From Candidatus Omnitrophota bacterium (GTDB lineage Bacteria > Omnitrophota > Gorgyraeia > 2-02-FULL-51-18): a DNA stretch of 64,000 bases. Below, one piece after another: positions 9,325 through 20,900 of this stretch. The stretch lies in NCBI GenBank assembly GCA_945877765.1, contig CAMDWQ010000005.1, positions 604 to 64,603 of the forward strand, read 5' to 3'. The position numbers and the translations under genes are program-made. The first letter of the stretch is position 1. Each line of letters begins with the position of its first letter. A model generated the notes under the pieces. It was given only the letters and a program-made list of their open reading frames with translations. It did no database searches and had not been told where the DNA came from.

Positions 9325-10208
9325 TATTTGATCATTCCTAAAATTCTCTGAATTTCTTTTTCGTCCGTGCCCAACTCTTTAAGCGCCCGCCCGGTTTCAT
9401 CCTTGGTAGGCGCCACGCCGTGAAAATTATTATTGTTTTCCATAAAAGAGACGCCCTTACCCTTGACGGTATTAGCCAAGATAACCGCTGGCTGTTTGCG
9501 GGGGGACTTCGCCCAAGCCAGCGCCTCGATGATTTCCTGGTGGGAGTGACCGTCAATCGACTTGACCGCCCAACCAAACGCCTCCCATTTTTTATCCATG
9601 GGATCCATATTCAAAATGTCTTTGGTGGAAGATGTTAGCTGATACTTATTCATATCCATGATGAGCACGAGATTCGATAGTTGGCGAAAGGACGCAAACG
9701 CCGCCGCCTCCCAGGCCTGCCCTTCATTAAGCTCACCGTCGCTCATCACCACGTACGTCGTGTAATCTTTTTTGTCGAATCCCGCCGCGAGCGCACAGCC
9801 CGCCCCCACCGAAAGCCCCTGGCCCAGAGAGCCGGTAGACATTTCAATCCCCGGCAAGCGCCGCATATCCGGATGCCCCTGAAACGGGCTTTCCAATTGG
9901 CGGAAGGTCAAAATCCCCTCCCGTTCGAAATAACCGGCCAATGCCATCACGCTGTAAAGCGCCGGTGAGCCATGCCCCTTGGAAAAAATCAGACGATCGC
10001 GATCGGCCCATTTGGGATTTTTGGGATCATGACGCAGCGCGTGAAAATAAAGGTCGACCAAAATATCCGTCACCGAAAGCGACCCGCCCGGATGCCCGGA
10101 AGCGGCAATACCTGTCTGCTTAATGATGTCACGACGGACTTCTAGGGATAGATTGGTAAGTTTTTGAAAATCAACCGGCGACTTCACAGTGGAAGAAAAA
10201 TTTGTCAT
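9324..10208 (-). CDS. Transketolase, N-terminal subunit
   Basis: GHPGGSLS, DRLIFSKGH, TGSLGQG, SDGE TPP motif. Confidence 0.93.
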   Translation of the reverse strand: MTNFSSTVKSPVDFQKLTNLSLEVRRDIIKQTGIAASGHPGGSLSVTDILVDLYFHALRHDPKNPKWADRDRLIFSKGHGSPALYSVMALAGYFEREGILTFRQLESPFQGHPDMRRLPGIEMSTGSLGQGLSVGAGCALAAGFDKKDYTTYVVMSDGELNEGQAWEAAAFASFRQLSNLVLIMDMNKYQLTSSTKDILNMDPMDKKWEAFGWAVKSIDGHSHQEIIEALAWAKSPRKQPAVILANTVKGKGVSFMENNNNFHGVAPTKDETGRALKELGTDEKEIQRILGMIK

Positions 10209-10272
10209 AAGCCGTAAATTTTAGCGTTTCTTTTTGCAGGCGTCAAACGAATAAAATAGATACTTAATATCT

Positions 10273-10539
10273 TTAGGGGCGGTTTAAAATGTCGTGAGTT
10301 CCTATTTTCCTCAGGTAATAACCTTCCGGCCAGATCTCGAACGTAATACGATAGTTCATATTGACACTCATTTCCCAGATAAAATCAGTCCCGCGGATCC
10401 TTTTGACGCGCAGAGACGGATACGATGGATCTTCCATCAGCTTTCCCAAATTCTCGTACGCCGATTCACGAATAGCCGCCGGCAATTTGGAAAACGCCTT
10501 CTCATAAGGCCTTGAAAGAATGAACTTTTTATTTTTCAA
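10273..10539 (-). CDS. RelE/ParE-superfamily toxin
   Basis: 88 aa, PSLRVKRIRG...YRITF...IGTHD; coupled to antitoxin. Confidence 0.75.
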   Translation of the reverse strand: MKNKKFILSRPYEKAFSKLPAAIRESAYENLGKLMEDPSYPSLRVKRIRGTDFIWEMSVNMNYRITFEIWPEGYYLRKIGTHDILNRP

Positions 10540-10801
10540 AATGCTTTTTCATTTCCTCGACACTTCCAAAAGAGACAAAATCCTTATTTTTTTTGGCTCG
10601 ATCGGCTTCTTTCTCCGCCGCCTGCCACTCCTGGGACCAAAACCAGGATTGATTGTCGTCGACAACCACTTTCGGCTTTAAAATGACCTGTTTTTTATCC
10701 ATCACGAAATCCACAAGACTCCCCACCTTGATGTGGAGCGCGCGGCGAATCCCGGACGGAATCGTGATCTGATAGTTGCGCGTAACTTTGCTCAGTGACA
10801 T
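10529..10801 (-). CDS. AbrB/MazE-family antitoxin
   Basis: KVTRNYQITIPSGIRRAL swapped-hairpin motif; QSWFWSQEWQ. Confidence 0.8.
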   Translation of the reverse strand: MSLSKVTRNYQITIPSGIRRALHIKVGSLVDFVMDKKQVILKPKVVVDDNQSWFWSQEWQAAEKEADRAKKNKDFVSFGSVEEMKKHFEK

Positions 10802-10869
10802 AAAATGCCCTCCGTTTAGGAGTTTACTATATTACTAGTTATTGTCAAGAGGGCACTCGCTCCGCCCAC

Positions 10870-10939
10870 GTCATTCCCGAGAGTTTTAATCGGGAATCAA
10901 ACCAGGGTATGATCCCCGATAAATAATCTCGGGGATGAC
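10870..10939. repeat. Family B REP doublet
   Basis: gtcattcccg...cgggaatc then gatccccg...cggggatgac. Confidence 0.85.
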
Positions 10940-10952
10940 ACTGGGATGACAA

Positions 10953-11618
10953 TTAGCGGACTTCCGAAACCCCCGTCCTAAAACGAAGAAAATTATCCAA
11001 CGAGTCACAAATAAGATAAGGATTGGTCTTTTTCTGCTCCCCCATCGACACCATCGTCTTGTCCGCATAATTATGGCCGGGACAAAGAATCGTCGAGTCA
11101 TCCAGCTTCATGAGTTTTTGGGTCAATGAATAATAGAGCTCTTTGGGACTTCCGCCAGGCAGGTCGGTACGGCCGCAAGCATTGATAAAAAGGGTGTCTC
11201 CTGAGACCAAGTGGCCGCGGCATAAAAAACATTGGGAACCGGGCGTGTGGCCGGGTGTGTGGAGGCATTCGATCTCGACATCGCCAAGCTTTAGTTTGTG
11301 CCCGCTCTCCACCGGCTTGATATTGTCGTGGCTAAAATCAAGGTAGCTGATATCCGCTTTATTCACATACACGGGGCAGTCAACCGATTGCAGAAGCTCT
11401 TCGATTCCGTTGGTGTGATCAAAATGATAGTGGCTGACAAGAGCGCCTTTGATCTTTAGATCCTCTTCCTTGGCGACACGCAGCACCGTATCCACCTGCC
11501 AGGCGGGGTCCACAACAAATACCTCTCGCGTGATTTTGGAGCCAACCAGATACACAAAATTCTCCATCGGGCCGATTTCCATCTGCTTGAGGTATAAGTC
11601 AGAATTAGGCGGGGTCAC
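10953..11618 (-). CDS. MBL-fold metallo-hydrolase (glyoxalase II-like)
   Basis: SHYHFDH, HTPGHTPG, SGDTLF, PGH. Confidence 0.9.
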   Translation of the reverse strand: MTPPNSDLYLKQMEIGPMENFVYLVGSKITREVFVVDPAWQVDTVLRVAKEEDLKIKGALVSHYHFDHTNGIEELLQSVDCPVYVNKADISYLDFSHDNIKPVESGHKLKLGDVEIECLHTPGHTPGSQCFLCRGHLVSGDTLFINACGRTDLPGGSPKELYYSLTQKLMKLDDSTILCPGHNYADKTMVSMGEQKKTNPYLICDSLDNFLRFRTGVSEVR

Positions 11619-12048
11619 ACTTCACCAAGTCAATTTTAAGCTTTTTAGCAATTTCAAAAATACGTTTATCGCGGTAAAACTCTCCGAAACAGATCCGCTT
11701 GATGCCCGCATTGGCGATCAATTTAAAACAATTCCAGCAGGGGCTTGCCGTTGTATACATCGTGCTGTTGTCAATGCAGACACCGTTTTTGGCGGCTTGC
11801 AAGATCGCGTTGGCTTCGGCGTGAATGGTCGCGACGCAGTGGCCGTTTTCCATCATGTGACCAGCTTCAAAACAATGCTCCAGCTTGCGGATCGAGCCGT
11901 TGTAGCCGGTAGAAAGGATGGTCTTCTCACGCACAATCACCGCCCCGACAAATTTGCGGTCACACGTCGAGCGGCTAGCGACCACTTTGCCGATATTCAT
12001 GAAGTATTCGTCCCAACCGGCACGCTTGGGATGTATTAGTTTTTTCAT
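11605..12048 (-). CDS. dCMP deaminase (ComEB-like)
   Basis: RSTC, TGYNG, HAEANA, SPCWNC. Confidence 0.9.
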   Translation of the reverse strand: MKKLIHPKRAGWDEYFMNIGKVVASRSTCDRKFVGAVIVREKTILSTGYNGSIRKLEHCFEAGHMMENGHCVATIHAEANAILQAAKNGVCIDNSTMYTTASPCWNCFKLIANAGIKRICFGEFYRDKRIFEIAKKLKIDLVKCDPA

Positions 12049-12266
12049 TACGAGGCCCAGGCCATTCTTAACTTACGATGATGGCTAGCGCAGTCTCGCA
12101 GGTATAGGTTAATCAGGTTTTGGTAAGGCAACCGCGCTTCACCGGCCAAGGCTTTAAAGTAAGCCACAGTATCCTGATCAAGCCTAATCGTAATCGGTGT
12201 CTTTAAGGATTTGACATAAGGATTCTTACGTCCCTTCATTTTAGAGAATTCGTAATGCGCTCTCAT
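12048..12266 (-). CDS. brnA: BrnA antitoxin
   Basis: ITIRLD...YFK...YQNLINLYL. Confidence 0.85.
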   Translation of the reverse strand: MRAHYEFSKMKGRKNPYVKSLKTPITIRLDQDTVAYFKALAGEARLPYQNLINLYLRDCASHHRKLRMAWAS

Positions 12267-12553
12267 CTTATCATCCCCCAGTAATCTTTTTCTTCACGGC
12301 TATTGGCTTTTCTTGCTGAAATAATCCGGATACTCTTACCTCGACGATGACAGTGGCAAACCACTAATACTCGTAACTGACCACTGATGCCAAGCATGAT
12401 AAATCGATCCTCATCCCTTGAGTGATCCGGATCAAAGAACTCAATACCGCGATCATCATAAAAAACAGTCTCGGCTTCCTCAAATGAAACGCCATGCTTC
12501 TGCTTATTTTCTATGCTTTTCTTTATATCCCATTCAAAGGAAAATCCACCCAT
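12263..12553 (-). CDS. brnT: BrnT toxin
   Basis: FEWD...KHGVSFEEA...RIISARKA. Confidence 0.9.
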   Translation of the reverse strand: MGGFSFEWDIKKSIENKQKHGVSFEEAETVFYDDRGIEFFDPDHSRDEDRFIMLGISGQLRVLVVCHCHRRGKSIRIISARKANSREEKDYWGMIR

Positions 12554-12584
12554 ATTTATAGTGTATGTACAAAATATGTACTTG

Positions 12585-13892
12585 TCAAGTGGCGTTTTTA
12601 AGCGCTGGTAATTGCGGATTGAAATATCCCATCAAAAGACAGGGAAATTCCTTTTCGAGGTTGTGAATCACATGGCTCATCCCCAACAGCTCAACATTTT
12701 TCCCCAAAAGTCCCAAATCCCGAAAATAATGCAACGGGTCATAATTGAGATTTCTCCACTGAATCATGTCAATTTTGTGCTCGGCGATAAATTTTTTAAG
12801 CGCCTGGAATTCCTCTACCGAATCCGTAAACCCCGGCATCGACAAATAATTAAGCGAGACAAATCCTCCCCGCTTTTTGGCCGCCTTAATCGATTCGATC
12901 ACGGTAGCCAGCGAATAACCTTTCGGCTGATAATAAAGCGAGTAATACGGCTCGCGGACGCTATTTAAACTCACGCGAATGCTGTTCAACCCCGCGTCAA
13001 AGAGTTTTCCCACCGTCTGCGGACGACTGGCGTTAGAATTGATATTGATCGAGCCCTTGGAAGTTTTCTGCCGCACCAGCTGGATTGCTTTTTCAATCAC
13101 ATCCCCCGAAAGCGTTGGTTCTCCTTCGCAGCCCTGTCCAAAACTGACAATAGGGTCCTCCACCTTTTCGATATGAAAAAGCGAAAGCTCCGCGATCTCC
13201 TGGGCCGTCGGCACAAATGCAATCCGCTTCTGCGTCGACGGAAAATCACGTCCATCCGGCTGTAATGAAATACACCCCTGACACTGCGCGTTGCACACCG
13301 GAGAAGTGGGGATCGGCGCCTCGAAGCGTCCCAGGAAGAAATTTTTGGCATTCGCGCAGGCATTGACTGTCGCACAATTGGCCAGATGCGGCACGAGTCT
13401 ATTTTTCGGAAAAAGGTCGGTATAATTTTTTATATTTTTTTCGATGAGACCACTATCCATGAAGCGCTCATCATGGCGAAAATCACGGTCCACTTGGATC
13501 GCCGCCGCGTAGAACGCATTTTTATAATAAACGCACGCCGCATAGGAGAAAAGGGGCAGCATCGGCACACCGCTCTCTTCCTCAAATGCCGCGCTGTGCG
13601 TGATCGAATGCCCCGGCGGAATAAACGCTGCCACCGCAAAACATTTTTTCTTCTCTTTCGAATAGGGATCCGACAAAAGCGGCCCCGGCACGCCGGTTTC
13701 GGGATCAAATCCTATCGGCACGCGCCCCGGCAGCATAAAAAGCTCGCTAAAATCCGGTAATTTTACAAATTCGGCAGGATCCAAATGAAAGAAACGGCCC
13801 GCTTTCATGCCAGCCGCTTCCAAGCCTTCAAAGGGATACACTTTCCCCGCTTCATCCGCAAATAAAAGCTGAGGGAAATCTTTTTTCTTCAA
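12585..13892 (-). CDS. Radical SAM protein
   Basis: CNAQCQGC (CxxxCxxC), SFGQGCEGEP. Confidence 0.85.
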   Translation of the reverse strand: MKKKDFPQLLFADEAGKVYPFEGLEAAGMKAGRFFHLDPAEFVKLPDFSELFMLPGRVPIGFDPETGVPGPLLSDPYSKEKKKCFAVAAFIPPGHSITHSAAFEEESGVPMLPLFSYAACVYYKNAFYAAAIQVDRDFRHDERFMDSGLIEKNIKNYTDLFPKNRLVPHLANCATVNACANAKNFFLGRFEAPIPTSPVCNAQCQGCISLQPDGRDFPSTQKRIAFVPTAQEIAELSLFHIEKVEDPIVSFGQGCEGEPTLSGDVIEKAIQLVRQKTSKGSININSNASRPQTVGKLFDAGLNSIRVSLNSVREPYYSLYYQPKGYSLATVIESIKAAKKRGGFVSLNYLSMPGFTDSVEEFQALKKFIAEHKIDMIQWRNLNYDPLHYFRDLGLLGKNVELLGMSHVIHNLEKEFPCLLMGYFNPQLPALKNAT

Positions 13893-14143
13893 GAAACCTC
13901 GGGGGTGTATTGAAAACGCGGCATTTTTTTCCCATCAACGGTGACTGATTCAATAAACATTTTTTTAGGCCTTACCCAAAGAGCCCCCAGACGGTTGGCG
14001 TAAAGCGCTTTGTAGACAACCATCTCTTCCAAAGTCTCGCTGTGACGCGCAATCCCGAGAACCTCATAATTTTTTCCTTTGTAGTGACGGTATTTTCCGG
14101 GAGGTAGCAAAGGATCAGGGTGAAGCAAGTTTAAACGTGTCAA
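13889..14143 (-). CDS. DUF1653 domain protein
   Basis: YRHYKG...ARHSETLEEMVVY...WVRP..MF. Confidence 0.85.
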   Translation of the reverse strand: MTRLNLLHPDPLLPPGKYRHYKGKNYEVLGIARHSETLEEMVVYKALYANRLGALWVRPKKMFIESVTVDGKKMPRFQYTPEVS

Positions 14144-14910
14144 TCCAAAAACCCCCCGGTGGACTGCAAGGGTTGGTCGTTTTCCGATTTTGAAATCCAG
14201 ACGGCGATCGCATGACGCGGCGCCTTCGCCAGACCTTGGGAGTTAAACTGTATCGAGGTTTTTAGCACACCTTCGCGATACTGCATTTTTTTATGCTCCA
14301 ATGAAAGCGCCGTAAAATCATGCGGCAATATCTTGCCTTGGTTTTCACCGCCGCCGACGCGAGTCAGCATCCCGCACCCCAAATAAGCCGCATGGACGGA
14401 AATATTGTCGATGACGACCCCGTTGTGAGGAAGAAAAGAGACTTCAAATTCCATCGGCCCTTTTTGCTCCACCCGAAGGACACCGACATCTTTTTTTCCC
14501 TTAATGCTTAGCGTTGGCGAGCGATACCATTCTCTGGATTCTTTGCCATTCTCAACCATCATGGGCGTGTAAACGGACGACGTTTTCCATACCGCGGAAT
14601 ACTCTCTCTGGCGGCGAGTGTATTCCGCTGAAGAAAGAGCATCTTTCCACCCCAAGTAGTCCCAATAGTCGACATGAAACGCCACCGGCACAAACGCTTT
14701 CCAAAGATAAGGCGAATTTTTAAGCCCCGTCATCCACGCATCCGCCGGCGGACAACTCGAGCAGCCTTCGGAGGTAAAAAGCTCAATCAACACCGTCTGG
14801 TCCGGACCGCTTTGAAATGTCGCCATTCCCGCACCCGTGCTACTCACTGCACCGGCAGATAGGACTCCGGCAAATAATAAAAAAATGGTAAGGCTTAGAT
14901 TTCGACGCAT
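14140..14910 (-). CDS. DUF1223 domain protein (thioredoxin-like)
   Basis: ELFTSEGCSSCPPAD, FHVDYWDYLGW, VYTP. Confidence 0.88.
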   Translation of the reverse strand: MRRNLSLTIFLLFAGVLSAGAVSSTGAGMATFQSGPDQTVLIELFTSEGCSSCPPADAWMTGLKNSPYLWKAFVPVAFHVDYWDYLGWKDALSSAEYTRRQREYSAVWKTSSVYTPMMVENGKESREWYRSPTLSIKGKKDVGVLRVEQKGPMEFEVSFLPHNGVVIDNISVHAAYLGCGMLTRVGGGENQGKILPHDFTALSLEHKKMQYREGVLKTSIQFNSQGLAKAPRHAIAVWISKSENDQPLQSTGGFLD

Positions 14911-14966
14911 GAGGTCATTCTAACATGGGCAGCGCCGCCAAGTCATGATCGGCAGCGATTTCCTGT

Positions 14967-17900
14967 TTAAGCCGACCAGTCAGTTTGCAAAGACAGACGA
15001 ATCGCCGACGCCATATCGTTTACCAACGCCGTGATAGGCGGCAGGAGAATCCATAGAAGACTCTCCCCTTCAATGATTTCCTGAGTCTGGATAGCGTAGA
15101 ATTTTGCCGAATCAATTTTGGGCTTTCCAAGTCTTAGGCTATTTAAAAAATTAATCAGCCCGCTCTCCCCGATAGCTTGAATCATCTGCTCTTTGCCCTG
15201 TCCGGCATGCGCTGACCACAGCCCCGCCAAAGTTTCCGCTTCTAAAAAAGCGATTCCCGTGTTGGGCAAGCCTTCGACGAGAAGTGCCACCACCGAATCA
15301 CTCTTTAGTTTTTCAATCTTGTCCCCTGCTTGGCTTAAGACAATCCGCGAGACAACCGCGCCCTCGGGTCTTTGGGTCAACACTTGACCCATTCTTGCTT
15401 TTGACTGAATCCTAGCAAGCCTTCTCTGCGCCGTTAACCCCATCTTGCCGGGAAGCTGGTCAATATTGAGAAGAATGTACTGGTTACCGCGAGAGCGCGC
15501 CACGCGGTCAAATATGGCCTTCAGCAGCACTTTCTTAGCCTTCAAATCAAGCACCGAGCCAAATCGAGGATCCACCAGCTGTGCCAAATCAATCTCAACA
15601 AAACCGAACCCCGTCCCGATCGCCCCAGGTACCTGCTCGTTCCACATTTTTTGCATGCGCTCAATCAGAAATCCCTGCCCCCGCCGAGCGCTTTGGCGGC
15701 CTTGGTCTTTTTTGAGAGTTTCCTTTATCATCCGCATTTCCTCGGGACTAATCCTAAAAAGAATCTTAGCTCCCACTCTGACTTGCAGCCCTTGAGCACT
15801 TTTGCGTAGATTGAAAATGGGAATTACTCCGCTTTCCTGCTGGACAGCCAAGCGCCCCCACATAGATTTCTTTCCATGCATAGGCATAGGCAGAGACATC
15901 TCTGTAAAAAAAGTTTTGAGGTCTTGGAGCGTTTGGGAATTGGTGGGGAGGGAATCCTCCATCTCGATTTTTTTATTTTCTGCCAGCCGCGCCGCCTGAT
16001 CCGCTCCGTCATTCTGAGGCGCTGCAGGCGATGAAGAATCCAAGCGATGAGATTCGTTGGCATCAGCCAATTTTTCCACTCGAGAAGCATACCTTGAGAT
16101 GTGCTGTCCTGGTTGTACGCCATATTGATCTTCTAGCGCATCTTTCAAAAGATCTTCTGCGATTTTTAAAATCTCGCCCTCATCGACATTTCCCCAAATA
16201 CGCTTGGAAATCAACTCGATTTCTTCACCAGAATGAAATGCCCCCGAAAGTGTATTCGCTTTAGTGGCATCATATTTCAAACGCTCTGAATGCATTCCAG
16301 TTGCCGGTCCTGCGTGGCGTAAGAATAATTGAATGCCACACTTTTGAAGGATAATTTTCGCCACGTAAGCAATATTTTGCGATGGCGCCATATGAATACC
16401 TTGGGAGTGCTTTATTTTCATGGTAATAATTTTTTCATTACCCTCGGATGCCGCCAACCGTGCGGCCGTCATTCCCCCCTGACCAAGCAAGTTCAAAGCT
16501 TTTGTGTATCGCACCAGCTGAGCTACGACTTGACTATTTTTATATTCAATGATGTTGCGCGAATGGGCCCATTTGTAATCCTGAAGCATTCCCGCCTCTG
16601 AGTTGAAAAAATAGGATTTTCTGCGATCTAAAAATAACTGCCAGGCGGAGATTTTTTCTGGCGGCTCAAATCCTTTTAACCGCTGGTTGAGGCTTTCCTC
16701 ATACCCGCCTTTGCCGGCGCGATAAAAAGTGATTTTCTGCCCCAATAAGGGGTAATCCTTACTATCTTTTAATACATCTGCAATAATGGGACGAGAGAGA
16801 CGTTGAATAAAATCCTCGTTGTATTTAAAAAAGGAGGTGTATTGCTGATGGAGATCATTCGGCATGCCAGAGATTGCGGGGTAAACGAAATTCTCATAAC
16901 TAATACCGCCATTAAAAAATGGGATTAACTGAGACCACACGCGGAATAAGCTCATCTGGACCGCAGATATCACCGTGTCCAGCTCATCGGTGATTTTCGA
17001 ATCTAGATCATCTCTAGGAATTGTGCTCAATGATTCATATTGTTTTTTTAAAAACAGCATGTTGGCGTGCATGATAATAAGGTCATGATGCGAATCACTG
17101 CTGAAACTATTAAAATGCACGCCCTGTAAAAAATGATAGAGCGCAATCATTTTGACCGCCTGCAAACGGCGCCTAAATAAAGGCGGATCCGTCGCATCTG
17201 ACTGCATGATTTCAGGCGAAAATAAATTTGGAAGCTGTAAAGACATCTTAATAAATCCTTCGTTCGCCAAAGGATCTTGAACGTTTTTCAAATCTCCCCC
17301 CAAGATCAAAAAACGTTTAAGCACCAGTCCAAAGAGAGATTCAAAATCCAATTTAAGCTTCGCATTAGAACCGTTGTTGTAAACTTCTATGGCCTCTTCC
17401 ATCACAACAACCTCGTGCTCAGAAAGAGGCTCGCTCATGGATTTTACGATGTACGCCATGGCAACCGCCTCCAGAGACTCAAGCGCGGTCCTTGCGCTCC
17501 AATCGCCTTGGTCCAAGATTACCGTCCCCTGATTACGCAACCTGTCCAGCGCCGAAGAGACCTGAGATGGAAAATTTTTATATTCGGAACCATCAAACAG
17601 TCGGTTGACAGCAAAAACCACCTCGCTGTACCCTCGAGCCGCATCGTGTGGTGACCCAACAGCGGCTGTTTGCCAACTCTGTATCAGGGAAAGCAAAGAA
17701 GACCTGCTTATCTGGGGATCATGGCCCGCCAACCGCGCCGCCGCAGCCGTGGAACCGGTGTCAGTCCTTGACATTTGACTTTCTGGGCTTTCCACCAACC
17801 CTTCGGCCCGCCTCAGGGCAAGCCGCGCACCAGAGCGGTGCTTATTTTCCAGTTGAATCAAGTGATTGAGCACTTCTGCCGTACTCGAGGCATCTCCCTG

Positions 17901-20900
17901 CCACTCTCCATCCGCAGAATGAAGCGCCCAACCCTCTGTGGTCTTCTCAATAGTTATATCGGTAGTGCTCGCTGGATTAGGTACGTCTTCGACACGTTTG
18001 ATGCCCGGTATCGCCCAGAAAATCTCGCGCCGAAGCGGGCGCGCATCCCTAGGTTCCCCGATCAATGCAACAGACTCGATGGTTGTTTCCCATGTGGGGT
18101 CGCTCACAAAAATTTTATTCCGTTCAGAGGCGGGAATCAAATCAGCGGGATCAATATAAATTATTTTATTTTCGACAGCCATTTGGTTGATAATGTCATA
18201 ATTCGGGTCTTGAAGACGATCGGCTTCCGCCTCATCCCGAAAATAAAAAATTGCCTGATGCAGGTGGGGAGCAATAATCGATTTGTTCCGGGATGGTCCA
18301 ATCTTACCGATGTTTTTTCCGTGACGGACACTATCACCTTGCTTAAGTCCCTCGGCTGGCACAATGTGCGTATAGACAGTATAAAGCTTCCTGCCGTAAA
18401 CGGTTGTTTCCATGATGACGGTGCTTTGCATGTCGTCTTCAAAGATCCATTTCACCTTGCCGTCGATCAAAGAAAAAACAGGTCGTCCTGATCCCGCCGC
18501 TTCCACCTTACCATCAACCGATTCAATGACCGCCAAATCAATACCGCCATGCTTCTGTTCCCGGTGCGACTTAAAACGGCTCACCTCTCGCCACCAACAT
18601 CCCAGATCCCCAAATTTCATTCCCTCGCGCAAAATAAAACGTCGAGCACCCCACTCCTTGGCCGTTTTTCTATAGGAAGATAAAACCATTCTGCTTAACT
18701 GACGGTGGGCCTTTTTCAGAAATATTTTATCCTGAGACTTCTCCCGGCTGTGGAGGTCTGTTTGGCCGACCATAACAGTCTCCTGCACTGCCGAAGGCTG
18801 TTCCGCCGGCTGATTTGGTTGCACCGCGCTTATATCTACTTCGGAACCGGTGTCAGTCCTTGACATTTGACTTACTGGTTTTTTCGCCAGCCTCGCGGCG
18901 GAAAGATCTCGTGTGGACGCATCAGTCAACGCCTCGATGAGCAAAGAAAATGGATTGTCTTGTTTAATAAGAATACCCCGCACCGTTAAAAAAGTTAGCT
19001 TTAGTTGATCTGTTATCTCAAAAGAGACCCTATTCTCCTCTTGTGGACGATCGTCCGAAACAACACTTGTTATTAGGTACCACATCTCTCCCTCGTTATT
19101 GAGGCACTGTTTAAAAATATTTGCTACCGATTCTTGTTTCGCATCAAAAAAATATCCATCAACAAACGATCGAAGCATCGCTACAAAATCCTCTGATGTA
19201 TCATGAACTAAAATCGTATGTAGAACCCTGCTAACATCCAGAAAACGAAGCCTGGCGGATCCTAGTGCGTCCGCCGATTCGGGCACATTCCAAACCGTGT
19301 TCAAATCTCTCAAAACAACATGCCACTTTTTCTCCTCGCTGCCCTGCATCAGCCCGGTATTAGCAAAAGTGGGGTAGCGATGAATATATCCATTTCGATG
19401 AAGCTCTCTCAGAGCCTTGCCATACTCATAAAATATTTTTTGGACTGATTCTTTGTTCTTTATGGGATTAAAAAAATCTCTGTCAGAGGCTTTTGAATCA
19501 GACGAGTTGTGCTTAAGATCACCAATAACTCCCTGATCTGTCACCGATAGCCGGAAATCTTCGCCGGTCATGCCGGCAGCGACCCAAGCATATTGTTGTG
19601 TGGAATCATGGCTACTTTCCATGAGTGCCCAGCCCAGAGCTTTATCGACCGGCAAGCTAAGCTGCGAGAGCTTGCGCATCAGCTCATCTTCGAGCTCTGC
19701 CCCCTTGGGATTTAAAGTACCGCTATAATTTTGCCCAGCAAATGTCGTTGTTGTAAATCGACCTTGATTATCGATGGTTGGTGGAAATTTTACAAAACCA
19801 GCCTCCCCCAAATAAGGCACTAACTTATTAGCCTCATCCACCCGCGGCCTTACACCCTTAAAACGGATATATAAAATCCCATCTATGGGAGAATCTAACT
19901 TCAAATAGATCGTTCGACCTTCCTCTGGCCAGAAATATTCACGATGTTGAATAAAAATTTTTCCTTGGTGTAAGGCTTGGGCCTGTAAAATATCCGCGGT
20001 ACTTACCAATGCCCCGGACATTATCTTTTCCGCGATAGCTTTTTCCTCGTGGCTCAAAGAGTCAAAAAATTTTGTATCACGGTGGTCTTTGACTATTTTA
20101 AAAGTGGCTTTTGCCAGCCGCGCGCCGGAGCGGCGTTTAGAAGAGATGGGGTCAGTCCTTAAGATTTTACTTTCTGAGTTTCCCGCCAACCGCGCCGCCT
20201 GAGGCCTAGTCTTTCCTTCAAGCTTATTTCGGATTGCCTGATAATCCGAATCATTCTGACCATTGTCTCTGATAATCAGCCTCTGATTACCAGGCAATGT
20301 GATCACCATAAATCGATTCGCTAACTCATTGGCAATGTGAACCTTCACTACATACGTCTGCAAGACATCTGGCGTCGTCACAAGGTACTCTTTGTAAGCA
20401 GGTGCTTGCGAGACATTCTTCGCATCAAAGCCATCTCCGGAACGAATCAGTCGGACAAAATCATGAACAAACGCCGGATCTTTTTTTTGGATGTTTCCGT
20501 TGATAGCATAGACTCTGGAACTGGTGTCAGTCCTTGACATTTGACTTCCCGAGTTTTCCGCTAACCCTTCGACCCGGCTCAGGGCTAGCCGCGCTGCAGC
20601 CCCACTGTTATCTTTCGAAGACTCACCACCCGTACTGCTTGGAATGAGCCCAGTAATCCAGGTAGCGACTTTGATGATGTTATCCGCAACGACTTTATCC
20701 CCATAATAAGAGGACAAAAGGCCTGCGGGTTCGCCGAAGCCCGGTACTCTACCGACCCATTTTTGAACCGAAAGTCTTATTTTTAAAATCACCAGAGGCT
20801 TCAGTTGTTTGAAAGACGCCAGAATCTGCAGAGGTACCCCGATAACATTAACAATGGGTAGAACACTAAGATAGGCCCAGCCGAATTTTTGCTCGGGGTG

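Noticed and set aside
17775-18491. 238-aa antisense ORF inside giant 1 (also 50074-50742 in giant 2)
   Set aside because: No recognisable family; opposite clear M23 or GH77 coding sequence, unlike the TA pair.
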